A stretch of DNA of 64,000 bases from Candidatus Latescibacterota bacterium. GTDB taxonomy: Bacteria > Latescibacterota > UBA2968 > UBA8231. Positions 1 to 10,484 of the stretch are shown here, piece after piece (position 1 is the first letter of the stretch; every line of letters starts with the position of its first letter). The notes below the pieces were generated by a model. That model did not search any database, was not told the DNA's origin, and saw nothing but the letters and a program-made list of their open reading frames with translations. The position numbers and the translations under genes were made by a program. The stretch covers positions 3,808,001 to 3,872,000 of the forward strand of contig OZ241362.1 in NCBI GenBank assembly GCA_965200315.1. The letters are read 5' to 3'.

Positions 1-176
1 TCAAACGGCGCATCGCACGCATGAGGTAGGATTGCTATAGCACCAGTCAAGGGGGAATTCAGGTTCACTATCTTCTGAAACCAGAATCGTCTTCGCTGCC
101 GCAGTACGAGTAAACAGGTAATCCTTTGCATATCAGAAGCAAGCGCAAGTGCGGGATGTCCTGATTGGTCCGTCCC

Positions 177-2732
177 TTATCCTTTCGCCCAATGAACCAA
201 GCCCATCTCCAAGGGATTTTGCAGGTCGGGATGCGAGGGCACCACGCGCAGGGTGTAGCCATGCGACCCAGCCGCCGCGCACGTGAAGGTGCCGACGAAG
301 TGGTAGGTGCCGTCGCCGTTGTGGCCGGCCAATTCCAGCGGGTACACCTCGGTCTGCACAAACTCGCGCTGGGCGTTGAGGCGGCCGGCGTAGATTTCGA
401 CGCGGACATCTTCGGGCGTTAGCTCGCCCAAAGTCACTGCGGTGCGCAACGGCACCTGCATCCCCACCTTGAGCAGCCGCGGAAATTCAGCATCCACCGC
501 GCCGATTTGGACCTGCGCCCACTTGGAGCGCACGTGCGACTTCCAATGCGTCAGCCGCTGCACCCGCTCGCGGTCGGCCGCCAATTCCTCAAAGCGGGCT
601 TGCCCGGGCAAGTAAAACCGCTCGACGTACTCGCGCACCATGCGGTGCGTGTTGTACTGCGGCACAAGCTGGGCAATGGTCTCCTTCATGCGGGCGATCC
701 AACCGCCGGGCAATCCGTCCGCATCGCGCTGGTAGAACAGCGGGATCACCTCGGTCTCTAGCAGGTCGTAGAGCGCGTTGGACTCGACGGCGTCTTGGTA
801 CTGTTCGTCGTCGTAATCCTCGCCGCGACCAATGGTCCAACCGGCATGGTTGTCGCAGGCTTCGTCCCACCAGCCATCGAATACGCTGACGTTGAGCACC
901 CCGTTGATCGCAGCCTTCATGCCCGACGTGCCCGACGCCTCCAAGGGGCGGCGGGGGTTGTTGAGCCAGACATCGCACCCCTGCACCAAGTAGCGGGCGA
1001 GGTTCATGTCGTAGTCTTGCAAAAAGAAAACCCGGCCATTAAAGGGCGCTTGCCGGGCGAGGTGGACGATTTGGCGGATCAACTCCTTGCCAGCGTCGTC
1101 GTGGGGGTGGGCCTTGCCGGCGAAGAGGATCTGCAAGGGCCGCTGCGAGTCGGCAAACAGGGCCTTGAGCCGCTCGATATTGCGGAAAATCAGGTTGCCG
1201 CGCTTATAGGTGGCAAAGCGGCGTGCAAAGCCAATGGTCAGCACCTCGGGGTCGAGCCGCGCTAAGGTCTGTTCAATTTTGGCCTTCGGCGCACCCTGGC
1301 TCCGCATCTGCTGGCGCAGGTGCTGGCGGGTTACGGCAATCAGCCGCTTGCGCCGCTGCTGGTGAGTATCCCACAGCTCGCGGTCGGGGATGCGATAAAC
1401 CGGGTCCCAGTCCCGCTCGTCAACCGATACCAACCGCCAAGTGTCGCCGAGATGGCGGTCCAACAACTCGGCCATTTCCAGCGAAGCCCACGTGTGGAGA
1501 TGAACGCCGTTGGTGACGTGGCCGATGGGGATTTCGCGTTCTGAAAAGTCGGGCCACAAGCCCTGCCACATGCGGCGGCTAACCGCGCCGTGTAGGCGAC
1601 TGACGCCATTGGCCCGGCCCGAGAGCCTGAGGGCCAAGACCGTCATGCAGAAGTCGGCTTGGGGGTCGCGAGGGTCAACTCGGCCCAAGCCGATAAATTC
1701 CTCGTGCGATAGGCCGAGCCACTCGCGGAAATAGCCCAAGTGCGCCTCGACCAAGTGCGCGGGGAACCAGTCGTTGCCCGCCGCGACCGGGGTGTGCGTG
1801 GTAAACACATTGCCCACGATGCTGGCTTCGAGGGCCGTGGCAAACGAATAGCCGTGCTCGGCCATGAGCCGGCGAATCCTCTCTAGAGCCAAAAAAGCCG
1901 AGTGCCCTTCGTTAATATGGCAGACAGTGGGTTCAATGCCCACGGCTTGGAGGGCGCGCAAACCGCCGATGCCGAGAAGGATCTCCTGCCGGATGCGCAT
2001 GGCCGCGTCGCCGCCGTAGAGGCGAGCGGTAATATCGCGGTCCGCCGGGGCGTTTTCGTCGAGGTTGGTATCGAGCAAATAGAGCCGCACCCGGCCCACC
2101 TGCACCTGCCAGAGCCGCGCTTGCACCATGCCGTGGGCAAAGGGAACCTCAATGCTCAGGTGCTCTCCGTTGCGGCCGTGGACCGGCTGCACGGGCATCT
2201 GGTAGAAGTCGTTTTCCGGGTTTTGCTCTATCTGCCAGCCATCGGCGTTGAGGGCTTGGTGGAAATAGCCCTCTCGGTAGAGCAAGCCAACCCCGACGAG
2301 GGGGACGCCTAGATCGCTGGCCGCCTTGAGATGGTCGCCAGCGAGTACGCCCAAACCGCCAGAATAGATGCGCAGGCTCTCGGTCAGGCCGAATTCCGCC
2401 GAGAAGTACGCAACCTGTAACTGGCTCTCGCCGTGCGTCTGGCCAAACCACGTCGGCTGCGACAAATAGCCCTCGAATTGCTCGACGACGCGCTCGATGC
2501 GACCCCGCAGTTGCTCGTCGGCGATTAGGGCATCGAGCTGGTCCGGCCGCAGGAAAGCCCAAAAGCGCAGGGGATTGCGCTGGCTCTCGATCCACGTTTC
2601 CGGGTCAATCTGGTAGAGAGTGCGGATGGTTTCCTTGCTCCAACTCCACCAGAGGTTGTACCCCAACTCCCACAGCGGCGTCAGTTGCTCGGGCAGGCAC
2701 GGAATGATATTGAGACGATGTAGCGGTTTCAT
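177..2732 (-). CDS. glgP: Alpha-glucan (glycogen/maltodextrin) phosphorylase
   Basis: 851 aa; motifs YFSAEFGL..YSGGLGVLAGDHLK, NEGH, GFARRFATYKR, EASGTSGMK (PLP lysine). Confidence 0.95.
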   Translation of the reverse strand: MKPLHRLNIIPCLPEQLTPLWELGYNLWWSWSKETIRTLYQIDPETWIESQRNPLRFWAFLRPDQLDALIADEQLRGRIERVVEQFEGYLSQPTWFGQTHGESQLQVAYFSAEFGLTESLRIYSGGLGVLAGDHLKAASDLGVPLVGVGLLYREGYFHQALNADGWQIEQNPENDFYQMPVQPVHGRNGEHLSIEVPFAHGMVQARLWQVQVGRVRLYLLDTNLDENAPADRDITARLYGGDAAMRIRQEILLGIGGLRALQAVGIEPTVCHINEGHSAFLALERIRRLMAEHGYSFATALEASIVGNVFTTHTPVAAGNDWFPAHLVEAHLGYFREWLGLSHEEFIGLGRVDPRDPQADFCMTVLALRLSGRANGVSRLHGAVSRRMWQGLWPDFSEREIPIGHVTNGVHLHTWASLEMAELLDRHLGDTWRLVSVDERDWDPVYRIPDRELWDTHQQRRKRLIAVTRQHLRQQMRSQGAPKAKIEQTLARLDPEVLTIGFARRFATYKRGNLIFRNIERLKALFADSQRPLQILFAGKAHPHDDAGKELIRQIVHLARQAPFNGRVFFLQDYDMNLARYLVQGCDVWLNNPRRPLEASGTSGMKAAINGVLNVSVFDGWWDEACDNHAGWTIGRGEDYDDEQYQDAVESNALYDLLETEVIPLFYQRDADGLPGGWIARMKETIAQLVPQYNTHRMVREYVERFYLPGQARFEELAADRERVQRLTHWKSHVRSKWAQVQIGAVDAEFPRLLKVGMQVPLRTAVTLGELTPEDVRVEIYAGRLNAQREFVQTEVYPLELAGHNGDGTYHFVGTFTCAAAGSHGYTLRVVPSHPDLQNPLEMGLVHWAKG

Positions 2733-2872
2733 GCTTAGTCTCTTCTAAGGGGTTGGGTTGTAAGGAGCCCTAAGACTGCGGTGAAGGTGATTTTTGTCAA
2801 TGTTTGTCCAAGCTCTATACTTAGGAGAATTGCGCCCACAACAAGTGTGGCCAGAAAACTCAAGGAAATCTC

Positions 2873-3883
2873 ATGCGCGAAACACCCAAGGTGATCATCA
2901 GCGGTTTTGCCGACGAGGGGCCGACGGACAAAAAGGCCGAAGCTCAGCTAGCCATGCTCGCGACGCTGGGCATGTCGCACTACAGCTTGCGCTTTGTGGA
3001 CGTGGGGCAGGGCGTCAAAAATGTGATGCAGCTAACGCAGCCCGAGACAGCGCGGCTGCGCCAGTTGCACGGCGAATTTGGGATTGCAGTGGCCTCGATC
3101 GGCTCGCCGATTGGCAAAGTCAAGCTGCTCAATGTGGAAGATGGCTCGGCCAATGCCTATATCCCGTTTGACCAGTACTTACAACAAGACGTGCAGCGGG
3201 CCGTGGATCTGGCCGGCGAGTTTGAGACGCGGCTGATTCGCGGGTTCTCGTTTTACCATCCCCAAGGCGAGGACCCAGCCGCTTACTTAGAGCCGGCGGC
3301 CGAGCGGTTGGCGCAAATCGCCGAGGTTTGCAGCCGGGGCGATGTCCTTTTCGGCCTAGAGGTTGAGGCCAATCTCGTCGGCCAGAACGGGCGGCTCCTG
3401 CAAGAGCTATTCGAGATGGTGGGCCACCCCAACCTGTACCTGATTTTCGACGGCGGCAATCTGTCGAGCCAAAACTTTACCCCGGTCGAGACCCTAGCCG
3501 AGTATCGCGCGATGCGCGAGGGGATTGGCTGGATGCACATCAAGGACTACAAGATCGACCCGGCTCTCCAATGGGAGGGCGTCGTAGATGAGGAGCGGCT
3601 CAAAAACTTTGTGCCCGCCGATCGCGGCGACTCCGCGCACGAGGCCATATTGCGCGACTTCCGCACCCGCATCCCAGCTCTGGAACGCAAGCTGAAGCAG
3701 CAGGGAGTCCCCGGCGTGTTCCTCGACTTGGAGCCGCACCTAAAGGGCGGCGGGCAGTTCGGCGGCTTCAGCGGCGTCGATGGGTTTGGGGTCGCGCTGC
3801 GGGCGCTGCTCAACCTGCTCGACTACGTGGGCATCGGCTACGCGCTAACGGACTACGAGGCCATCGCCCGGCAGCAGGACTAA
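2873..3883 (+). CDS. Sugar phosphate isomerase/epimerase (xylose-isomerase-like TIM barrel)
   Basis: ISGFADE start, SIGSPIGK, LEVE, FDGGN, HIKD and LEPHL metal-binding pattern; AAGGA RBS. Confidence 0.8.
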   Translation: MRETPKVIISGFADEGPTDKKAEAQLAMLATLGMSHYSLRFVDVGQGVKNVMQLTQPETARLRQLHGEFGIAVASIGSPIGKVKLLNVEDGSANAYIPFDQYLQQDVQRAVDLAGEFETRLIRGFSFYHPQGEDPAAYLEPAAERLAQIAEVCSRGDVLFGLEVEANLVGQNGRLLQELFEMVGHPNLYLIFDGGNLSSQNFTPVETLAEYRAMREGIGWMHIKDYKIDPALQWEGVVDEERLKNFVPADRGDSAHEAILRDFRTRIPALERKLKQQGVPGVFLDLEPHLKGGGQFGGFSGVDGFGVALRALLNLLDYVGIGYALTDYEAIARQQD

Positions 3884-5109
3884 CGCCCTTGCGCCAACAG
3901 AGCCTCGTGTCGCTTTTGGAAGGCCGCGCTGTGGTCGTCTTCAATCACCTCCAAATCGACGCCTTGCTCAAAGCCGGGGATGTTGCCAGCGTAGAAGGCC
4001 TGCTGATAGTGGGTTTCAGCTGTAAACTCCCACTCCCGCTCTTGGCCGTCCCCCGGCCAGTACACGCGGAGAATGCGCTTTTGGGCCAAGTAGCGGTGCT
4101 TGGGAGTCGGCTCGGCAGGATCCACCCGGTACTTTGCAATCGCCTCTTCATCCACCGAGACTCCCAAGCCGGGCGCGTCTGGAACCGGCATATAGCCGTC
4201 GCGGACTTCGATAGGCTCTTGCAGCAGATCGTCCTCCCACAGCTCGTGGCAGGTGATATAGGGCAGTTGGGCGTGCGAGAGCACCGAGCCGAGGTGGGCC
4301 GCATAAGTAGTGGTTAAGCCAGCACCGACGAGCTGGAGCCAAAAGGGCTTGTTTTGGGCCGCCGCGAGGGTTGCCGCCCGCCGGGTATCGGTCACGCCGC
4401 CGCCGATGACGAACCCATCGCAGCAGTTGTTGCGCAGATATTGGTCTTGGTAGTGCTCGACGATGGGTTTGCGCACCCGCTCGCGCAAAATCCGCGCCCC
4501 ATCTACGTCCGAGTGCAGGTAAAACGGGCTTTCGTACATGCCGACGTTGGGGTTTTCGTCGAGCTGTTGCAGGATGATCTCGGCCTTGGCTTGGTTGAGC
4601 AAGAAGCCGTTGAAGTCGACGTCGAACTTGTAGTCGGCCGGGACGACTTGGGCGACCGCATCGGTTTGGGCGATGATGTCGCGCCACGGGCGGGCCTTCA
4701 TCTTAAAGGTGGTGTATCCGCGCTTTAGCGATTCCTCGGCCTCGGCGACCCAGTCCTCGGGCGGCATATCTATATCCCACCAAGAGATGGGGCAGCGGTC
4801 GCGGAGCTTGACGCCGAGCAGCTCGTGTACGGGTACGCCGTTGTCTTGGCCCACTAGGTCGAGGCAGGCGACTTGCGGGCCAAAGCCAATATCGTCGCGG
4901 TTTATCAGGCTGGCCGGGTTTTGCCCGACGAGGCCATCGACCGATGGTTGGCCGTGGTTGTCGGCCCAGCCCACGAGGCCGTTGTCCGTCTCCAAGCGCA
5001 CGACCCACACGCGCTCGTCGTGGGTAGAGGCGCGCTGCATGGCGCGAGTGACGTGCTCGGCGTAGAAGGGGATGTTGAGGGCAATGGATTCAGCGTGGGT
5101 GATCTTCAT
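3880..5109 (-). CDS. Mandelate racemase/muconate lactonizing (enolase superfamily) enzyme
   Basis: FKMKARPW, DVDFN, YESP, C-terminal VPDAPGLGV. Confidence 0.8.
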   Translation of the reverse strand: MKITHAESIALNIPFYAEHVTRAMQRASTHDERVWVVRLETDNGLVGWADNHGQPSVDGLVGQNPASLINRDDIGFGPQVACLDLVGQDNGVPVHELLGVKLRDRCPISWWDIDMPPEDWVAEAEESLKRGYTTFKMKARPWRDIIAQTDAVAQVVPADYKFDVDFNGFLLNQAKAEIILQQLDENPNVGMYESPFYLHSDVDGARILRERVRKPIVEHYQDQYLRNNCCDGFVIGGGVTDTRRAATLAAAQNKPFWLQLVGAGLTTTYAAHLGSVLSHAQLPYITCHELWEDDLLQEPIEVRDGYMPVPDAPGLGVSVDEEAIAKYRVDPAEPTPKHRYLAQKRILRVYWPGDGQEREWEFTAETHYQQAFYAGNIPGFEQGVDLEVIEDDHSAAFQKRHEALLAQGR

Positions 5110-5218
5110 GGGGTCCTCCGCAGATAAGGGGTCACAGGGAATGGATAGAAGACACGCAAAAATTAGTCGGCGAGCAACCGTTAATTCAACCTCTTACCTC
5201 ACGCCACCAAGATCTCCG

Positions 5219-5244
5219 CCGGGTGCGCGGACGGCTCGCCCGCA
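5219..5244. repeat. REP-like GC-rich hairpin (family 1)
   Basis: Reverse complement TGCGGGCGAGCCGTCCGCGCACCCGG resembles copies at 39901, 42679 and 44163. Confidence 0.45.
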
Positions 5245-5313
5245 GAGCGAGTTAGAAGCCCGCCACCGCTCAACGTTATTTGGGTTTAACCTACCACAAC
5301 GAAAGGCAACGCC

Positions 5314-6813
5314 ATGAGCAATACGTATGAAACCTTTGTAGAACGCCTCCGCGAGCTATCCGACATAAACCATGCTCAGGGGCTGATGAGCTGGGATCAA
5401 GAGACCTACATGCCGCCGCGCGGCGCGGCCATGCGGGCCAGAGCGATGGGGACCTTGGCCGGTCTGCACCACGAGCGGCTCACCTCACCAGAGTTGGTCG
5501 CGCTCGTAGCCGACCTCAAGGACGCCGAGCTAACAGGCGACGCGACCGTCAACGTCCGCGAAATCGACCGCCAGCAGAGCCGGTCGCTCAAGCTACCCAA
5601 GGAGCTAGTCGTCGAGCTGAGCCAGACCGAGTCCTTGGGACACGAGGCTTGGATCGAGGCGCGAAAAAAATCGGACTTTGCGCTCTTCCAGCCTTGGCTA
5701 GAAAAAATTGTTTCGCTCAAAAAGGAGGTCGCCGAGCGGGTCGGCTACGAAGGCGCGATGTACAACGCGCTGCTCGACGAGTACGAGCCTTATGCACGGG
5801 CCGAGGAAATCGCCCCGGTCTTTGCCCAACTCAAAGCGCAGCTCGTGCCGCTAGTCGAGCAAATCGCCGCCACCGGGAAGTACCCGGCGCGGGGCGTACT
5901 CGACCAAGAATACCCCATCGAGCAACAGGAGCTTTTGGGCCAACAGGTGTTGGCGGACATAGGCTTTGACATGGAGGCCGGGCGGCTCGACTTGGCGGTG
6001 CATCCGTTTTGCGCGGGCACGTCCCGCGACGATGTGCGGCTGACGACTCGCTACAGTGCCGATTGGCTGCCCGGCTCGCTCTTTGGCACCATCCACGAGG
6101 CCGGGCACGGGCTGTACGAACAGGGCCTGCCCGCCGACGCCAGCGGCACCCCGGCCGGCGCGAGCATTTCGCTAGGGATCCACGAGTCGCAATCGCGGTT
6201 GTGGGAAAACATGGTCGGCCGCAGCAAAGCCTTCTGGACTCATTACCTGCCCAAGCTACGAGTGCTTTTTCCCCAGCAGCTCAGCACGGTCGATCTAGAC
6301 GCCTTTTACGCGGCGGTCAATCAAGTGGAGCCATCGCTGATCCGGGTCGAGGCCGACGAGGTGACGTACAACCTCCACATCCTGCTGCGTTTTGAGCTGG
6401 AATGCGATCTGCTTGAAGGGCGGGTTGCCGTGGCCGAATTGCCCGCGGCGTGGAACGAGCGGATGGAGCAATACTTGGGCATCCGTCCTCCCGACGACGC
6501 CTGCGGTGTGCTGCAAGACACGCACTGGTCTTGTGGTCTGCTGGGCTATTTTCCGACCTATGCGCTGGGCAACCTGTACGCAGCCCAGTTTTTTCACCAA
6601 GCCCACCAAGACTTACCCGGTCTTGAAGCGCAGATCGGGCAGGGCGAGCTCAGGCCGCTCAAGACTTGGCTCAACGAAAAAATCCACGCCCGCGGCGCAC
6701 GGGTGACGGCTGGCGAATTGGTCGAAGAGGTGACGGGTGCGCAGCTAAGTGCCGATTACTTCATCGACTATTTGCAGGAGAAGTTCGGGGCGCTCTACGG
6801 CCTCAGCCGATGA
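5314..6813 (+). CDS. Carboxypeptidase, M32 (Taq) family
   Basis: HPF, DVRLTTRY, HEAGH (HExxH), HESQSRLWEN, IRVEADE, GYFPTY. Confidence 0.95.
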   Translation: MSNTYETFVERLRELSDINHAQGLMSWDQETYMPPRGAAMRARAMGTLAGLHHERLTSPELVALVADLKDAELTGDATVNVREIDRQQSRSLKLPKELVVELSQTESLGHEAWIEARKKSDFALFQPWLEKIVSLKKEVAERVGYEGAMYNALLDEYEPYARAEEIAPVFAQLKAQLVPLVEQIAATGKYPARGVLDQEYPIEQQELLGQQVLADIGFDMEAGRLDLAVHPFCAGTSRDDVRLTTRYSADWLPGSLFGTIHEAGHGLYEQGLPADASGTPAGASISLGIHESQSRLWENMVGRSKAFWTHYLPKLRVLFPQQLSTVDLDAFYAAVNQVEPSLIRVEADEVTYNLHILLRFELECDLLEGRVAVAELPAAWNERMEQYLGIRPPDDACGVLQDTHWSCGLLGYFPTYALGNLYAAQFFHQAHQDLPGLEAQIGQGELRPLKTWLNEKIHARGARVTAGELVEEVTGAQLSADYFIDYLQEKFGALYGLSR

Positions 6814-7825
6814 CCTGTTGCAGGAACCGCAGTTGGTTTGCGCCGATAATTTTGCGGACATCGGCTTCGGCATAGCCGCGTTTGGCCAAGCCCACCGCAA
6901 TGTCCGGGAGGCAGGTCGCGTCTTCTAAGAGCAAGCCGCCGCCGTCAAAATCCGACCCCAAGCCGACGTGGTCGATGCCGGCGACCGCGACCGCGTGTTC
7001 AATATGGTCGAGCAGGCCGTCGAAGGTGGGGTTGTGCGCGTCGATAAAGTCTGGGACAAAGGTGATGGCCACGACCCCGCCCTTTTCGGCGAGGGCGCAC
7101 AACTGCTCGTCGCGGAGGTTGCGCGGGTGGTCGCAGAGGGCGCGGCAGCAGCTATGGGTGGCCATAAAGGGAGCTTGGGCCGCGTGGGCCACGTCCCAAA
7201 AGCCCGGCTCGTTGAGATGGGAGACGTCGACGACCACGCCTAGTTCGTTCATCTGCGCTAGGAGCTGGCGGCCAAAGCCGGTCAGGCCGCCTCCCCCTGC
7301 CACCTCGCAGCCATCTCCGGCCCAAGAGCGGGTGCTATGGGTGAGGGTCAGGGCGCGGACGCCCAACTGGTAGAGCAGCGGCAGGATGTGAGGGCTTTTT
7401 TCCAGCGCATCGCTGTTTTCCACTGCCAGTATGGCCGCCAAGCGGCCCTCGGCGCGGGCGCGCTCAATGTCGGCCGCGCAGTGCGCCACGGCCATGCCCT
7501 CGCTGTGATCTGCCACTTCTTGCAAAAAATGACCCAAGGCGTCCATGCAGTAGAGCAAGTGGTTGCCCCAAGGGCGGGTGCAATCAACGGCGAAAAAGGC
7601 CGCGTCTAGCCCGCCCTCGCGCGCCTTGGGCAAGTCGAGCTGAACGCCGCCATCCGGCGACTGGTATTGGCGCAAATAAGCGACAGCCCCGTCGCGTTGA
7701 TGGAAGTCAGGGCGCTGGGTGCCGTCGATGGACATACCCCGGCGGATCAGGGCGACGATGCTGTCGTTGTGCGAATCGATGACCAAGGAGTCTTGGTGCA
7801 GGCGGCGGGCGGTTTGTTCGTTCAT
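6803..7825 (-). CDS. Membrane dipeptidase (M19 family)
   Basis: IDSHND, VDVSH, ATHS, PRN, DHVGLGSDFDG. Confidence 0.9.
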   Translation of the reverse strand: MNEQTARRLHQDSLVIDSHNDSIVALIRRGMSIDGTQRPDFHQRDGAVAYLRQYQSPDGGVQLDLPKAREGGLDAAFFAVDCTRPWGNHLLYCMDALGHFLQEVADHSEGMAVAHCAADIERARAEGRLAAILAVENSDALEKSPHILPLLYQLGVRALTLTHSTRSWAGDGCEVAGGGGLTGFGRQLLAQMNELGVVVDVSHLNEPGFWDVAHAAQAPFMATHSCCRALCDHPRNLRDEQLCALAEKGGVVAITFVPDFIDAHNPTFDGLLDHIEHAVAVAGIDHVGLGSDFDGGGLLLEDATCLPDIAVGLAKRGYAEADVRKIIGANQLRFLQQVIG

Positions 7826-7832
7826 TGGCGTG

Positions 7833-8515
7833 TCATTCCTTATTCAGCGTTTCCAGTTTATGAAGCCATTCGCCGAAATGTGTACACTTCAGGCGCAACG
7901 TAGGCAATCCGATCTTCTCCGCAACAATGGGAGCCGCGGATGGTTTCATTTTCTCGTATTCCGGTATTTCGCCGATAATTCGCTTTGATGGAGCGGTAGT
8001 GTTTCCGTCATTGATGAGTTCCGGTGAATCAAAACTGGCGACCATATCGACAAGTTGCCGTATTCCAGTGCTGTTATCAAACTGCGAATCGAGTTTCTGA
8101 GGATCGGACAGCAATAATGCCTCAAACTCGTGAAGTTGAAAATGCGGGATAAATCGCCAATCAGAAATGTCTTCCTCCAGAGCGTCCTCCAGCATTTTGA
8201 TCCGTCCGTAGGGGTCGGAGATCTGCTTCGCGTCTCTGTAACCGGGAAAATCCGTCGGCAGACCGTACACGTCAAACATAGTTGTGAAACGCACGTCCGA
8301 ATTCCGATCTTCCTTTATCCAAGCGTTGATATCATTCCTAGCCTGCCCATAACTCTCAATACCTCCACGATGCTTAATGTTGTTCTTCCAACTCGTCAGG
8401 ACACAACGAACCTCTTCACATAGACTTCCAAATTCGCTAGGTGCGGGTTTAGAAGCCGCTTCACGAACGCTTCTTCGGTCTGCCCTTCAACAATGAAATT
8501 CAGTCTGATAGCCAC
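7833..8515 (-). pseudogene. DUF4276 (TOPRIM-like) protein, frameshifted near 8412
   Basis: 5' part IRLNFIVEGQTEEAFV..EVYVK continues in another frame as VRCVLTSWKNNIKHRGG..RFTTMFDVYGLP..LHEFEALL..PSKRI. Confidence 0.8.
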
Positions 8516-9621
8516 TACGGTCGCCCTCCGAGCACGTTCTTTTCCCATAACTCGGAAAGCGAATAATCTTCGAGCCATTCTTCGAGAGCCTCGGCGTTTA
8601 GCTGTCTGAAAGTAGAACTACGGCCTTCGCGCTCGACGACGACAATATCCGCTGGCTCAAAGCAATCGACCAATGCCGTGGATTGTGTAGCGACGATGAC
8701 CTGTACCTTGGTTGATGCGGCACTTATCAAACCGCCGACGATATTAATGGCGTAGGGGTGCAATCCAAGTTCTGGCTCGTCGAGAATCAAAACGTCCGGC
8801 AAATCCCGTTCTGGCTGAAGGAGAAGGGTAACAAGCGATAAGACCCGCAACATACCATCTGACGCCTGCGACACACTGAATACCTGATCGCTATTTCGCT
8901 CGCGCCAGCTCAGGAGAAGACGGTTATAGTTTGGCTCCAACACGAAATCAGAGAAGAAGGGCAGGATTAACCGAATGGTATCTACGATCCGCTGATAGCA
9001 CCTGTTATCATCTTCCTTCAAGCGAAACAGAACGGGCGCGACATTGGCAGCGTCCTCCTTCAACCATCGGTTATCATACATATTCCACATCCCGCGTATG
9101 CGAGCAGTGTCCGACGTATTATGGAATTGATACACGACGATTTTTTGCAGGAGCTCTCGAATGACGCGAGCAGTCGCGTCTTGGCTAGCCTTAACAAGAA
9201 GTTGCGGAAAGAGATGTCCAGCCCCTGTTTCGCGCCATCGCGCAAGAGTAGAGTAATTCTTGTTAGAGAATCGGTATCGCTCGTCCGCGAAAATCAACGT
9301 ATCTCCTGCCGCATAAAACAGCCGAAACGCATATTGATTTTCGCCAGCATCGGTCTTAATCGTCAGTTCTGTCTCGATCTCTCGGGTTTTAGCTGGGCCA
9401 TCGTGCAACAAGGTGCTGGCACCACCCTGTTGACTCACGTAAAGCTGAAGATGGTCTGGGTCTGATAATCCCCAACTTATCATACGAAAAAAAGAGATGA
9501 AATTGGATTTTCCAGCGCCGTTAGGTCCAATCAGCACTGTCAAGGGACGAGGCTTGAAATCCTTCAGCTCTCGAATAGTCTTGAACCCTTTGAGAGTTAT
9601 TGCATCAAGCCTATTTCTCAT
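8515..9621 (-). CDS. ABC-type/AAA_21 ATPase (SMC/RecF-like)
   Basis: Walker A GPNGAGKS, signature ASDG, Walker B ILDEPELGLHP, ATQS; stop overlaps the DUF4276 start. Confidence 0.9.
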   Translation of the reverse strand: MRNRLDAITLKGFKTIRELKDFKPRPLTVLIGPNGAGKSNFISFFRMISWGLSDPDHLQLYVSQQGGASTLLHDGPAKTREIETELTIKTDAGENQYAFRLFYAAGDTLIFADERYRFSNKNYSTLARWRETGAGHLFPQLLVKASQDATARVIRELLQKIVVYQFHNTSDTARIRGMWNMYDNRWLKEDAANVAPVLFRLKEDDNRCYQRIVDTIRLILPFFSDFVLEPNYNRLLLSWRERNSDQVFSVSQASDGMLRVLSLVTLLLQPERDLPDVLILDEPELGLHPYAINIVGGLISAASTKVQVIVATQSTALVDCFEPADIVVVEREGRSSTFRQLNAEALEEWLEDYSLSELWEKNVLGGRP

Positions 9622-9719
9622 GTTCTATTCCCTCGATATTTGTCGAGCGCATCCTCGTAGGCTTGAAATCGGACAGCTCCCATTTGAACCGGAAAATCGT
9701 CGAGCGCGAGTTTGTGATT

Positions 9720-10484
9720 TTAGCGGCGGTCGAAAGTTTCGCGGTAGAGAATGATGTCGGTCAGCGTTAGGTCGGCTGGGCCGTCGTAATCAAATAAACA
9801 ATAGACATCTTGGGGCTGGGTCAAAACAAAACGCAACGCGCTGGACCGATCAGCGGCAAAGGGGATCGACAGCCACCATGGCGGATGGCAGGAAAACCGA
9901 AACCAAGCTCCCACTTCGAGTGTAAACCATTAATAGCGGTGGTAGCGGCATAGAGGCCAATGGAGCGATAGCCACACGCCGGTCGCGCAAGCGGGCGAGG
10001 GCCAACAAGCCGAACAGAGCAAAGCAACAGATAGACGAACTGTTGAGGATGCCTTTGTCCACATGCAACCAATGGCCGGGCAAGGAGATATGGGCCAAAT
10101 GGCCATATTGAGAGCACCTTCGGCCCAAGCACCACTACCCGGACGGAGTGGCCCCATCGAGTCGTCGCTAAAGGCGTAGTGGAAGGCAATGAGGGTGTAC
10201 AGGCCGGCGGTGATGACCAAGCCAACGATGGGGAGGGCAAGATGCCGTCGCGGGCTGTACCAAGCTTGCAGCAGTACGCCGGCTCCTCAGAGGAGCCCCA
10301 AAGGGATATCGCGAGGGTGGAGGAAAGGCAGACCCCACAGCAGCAGGGTCAGGACCCCGAGCAGCGGCACCTCCCATCGCTCCAAGTCGAGGAGAAACGA
10401 GCGGGCGGAAGGTCGCACGATGCTGTAGAGGAAGATCAAAAGAATCGCATGACGAAGCTCAGTGGGACTCCATGTACTCGTCAA
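9720..10484 (-). pseudogene. Fragmented membrane-protein gene remnant
   Basis: Four short overlapping ORFs in different frames, each with hydrophobic segments; no intact long ORF. Confidence 0.45.
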
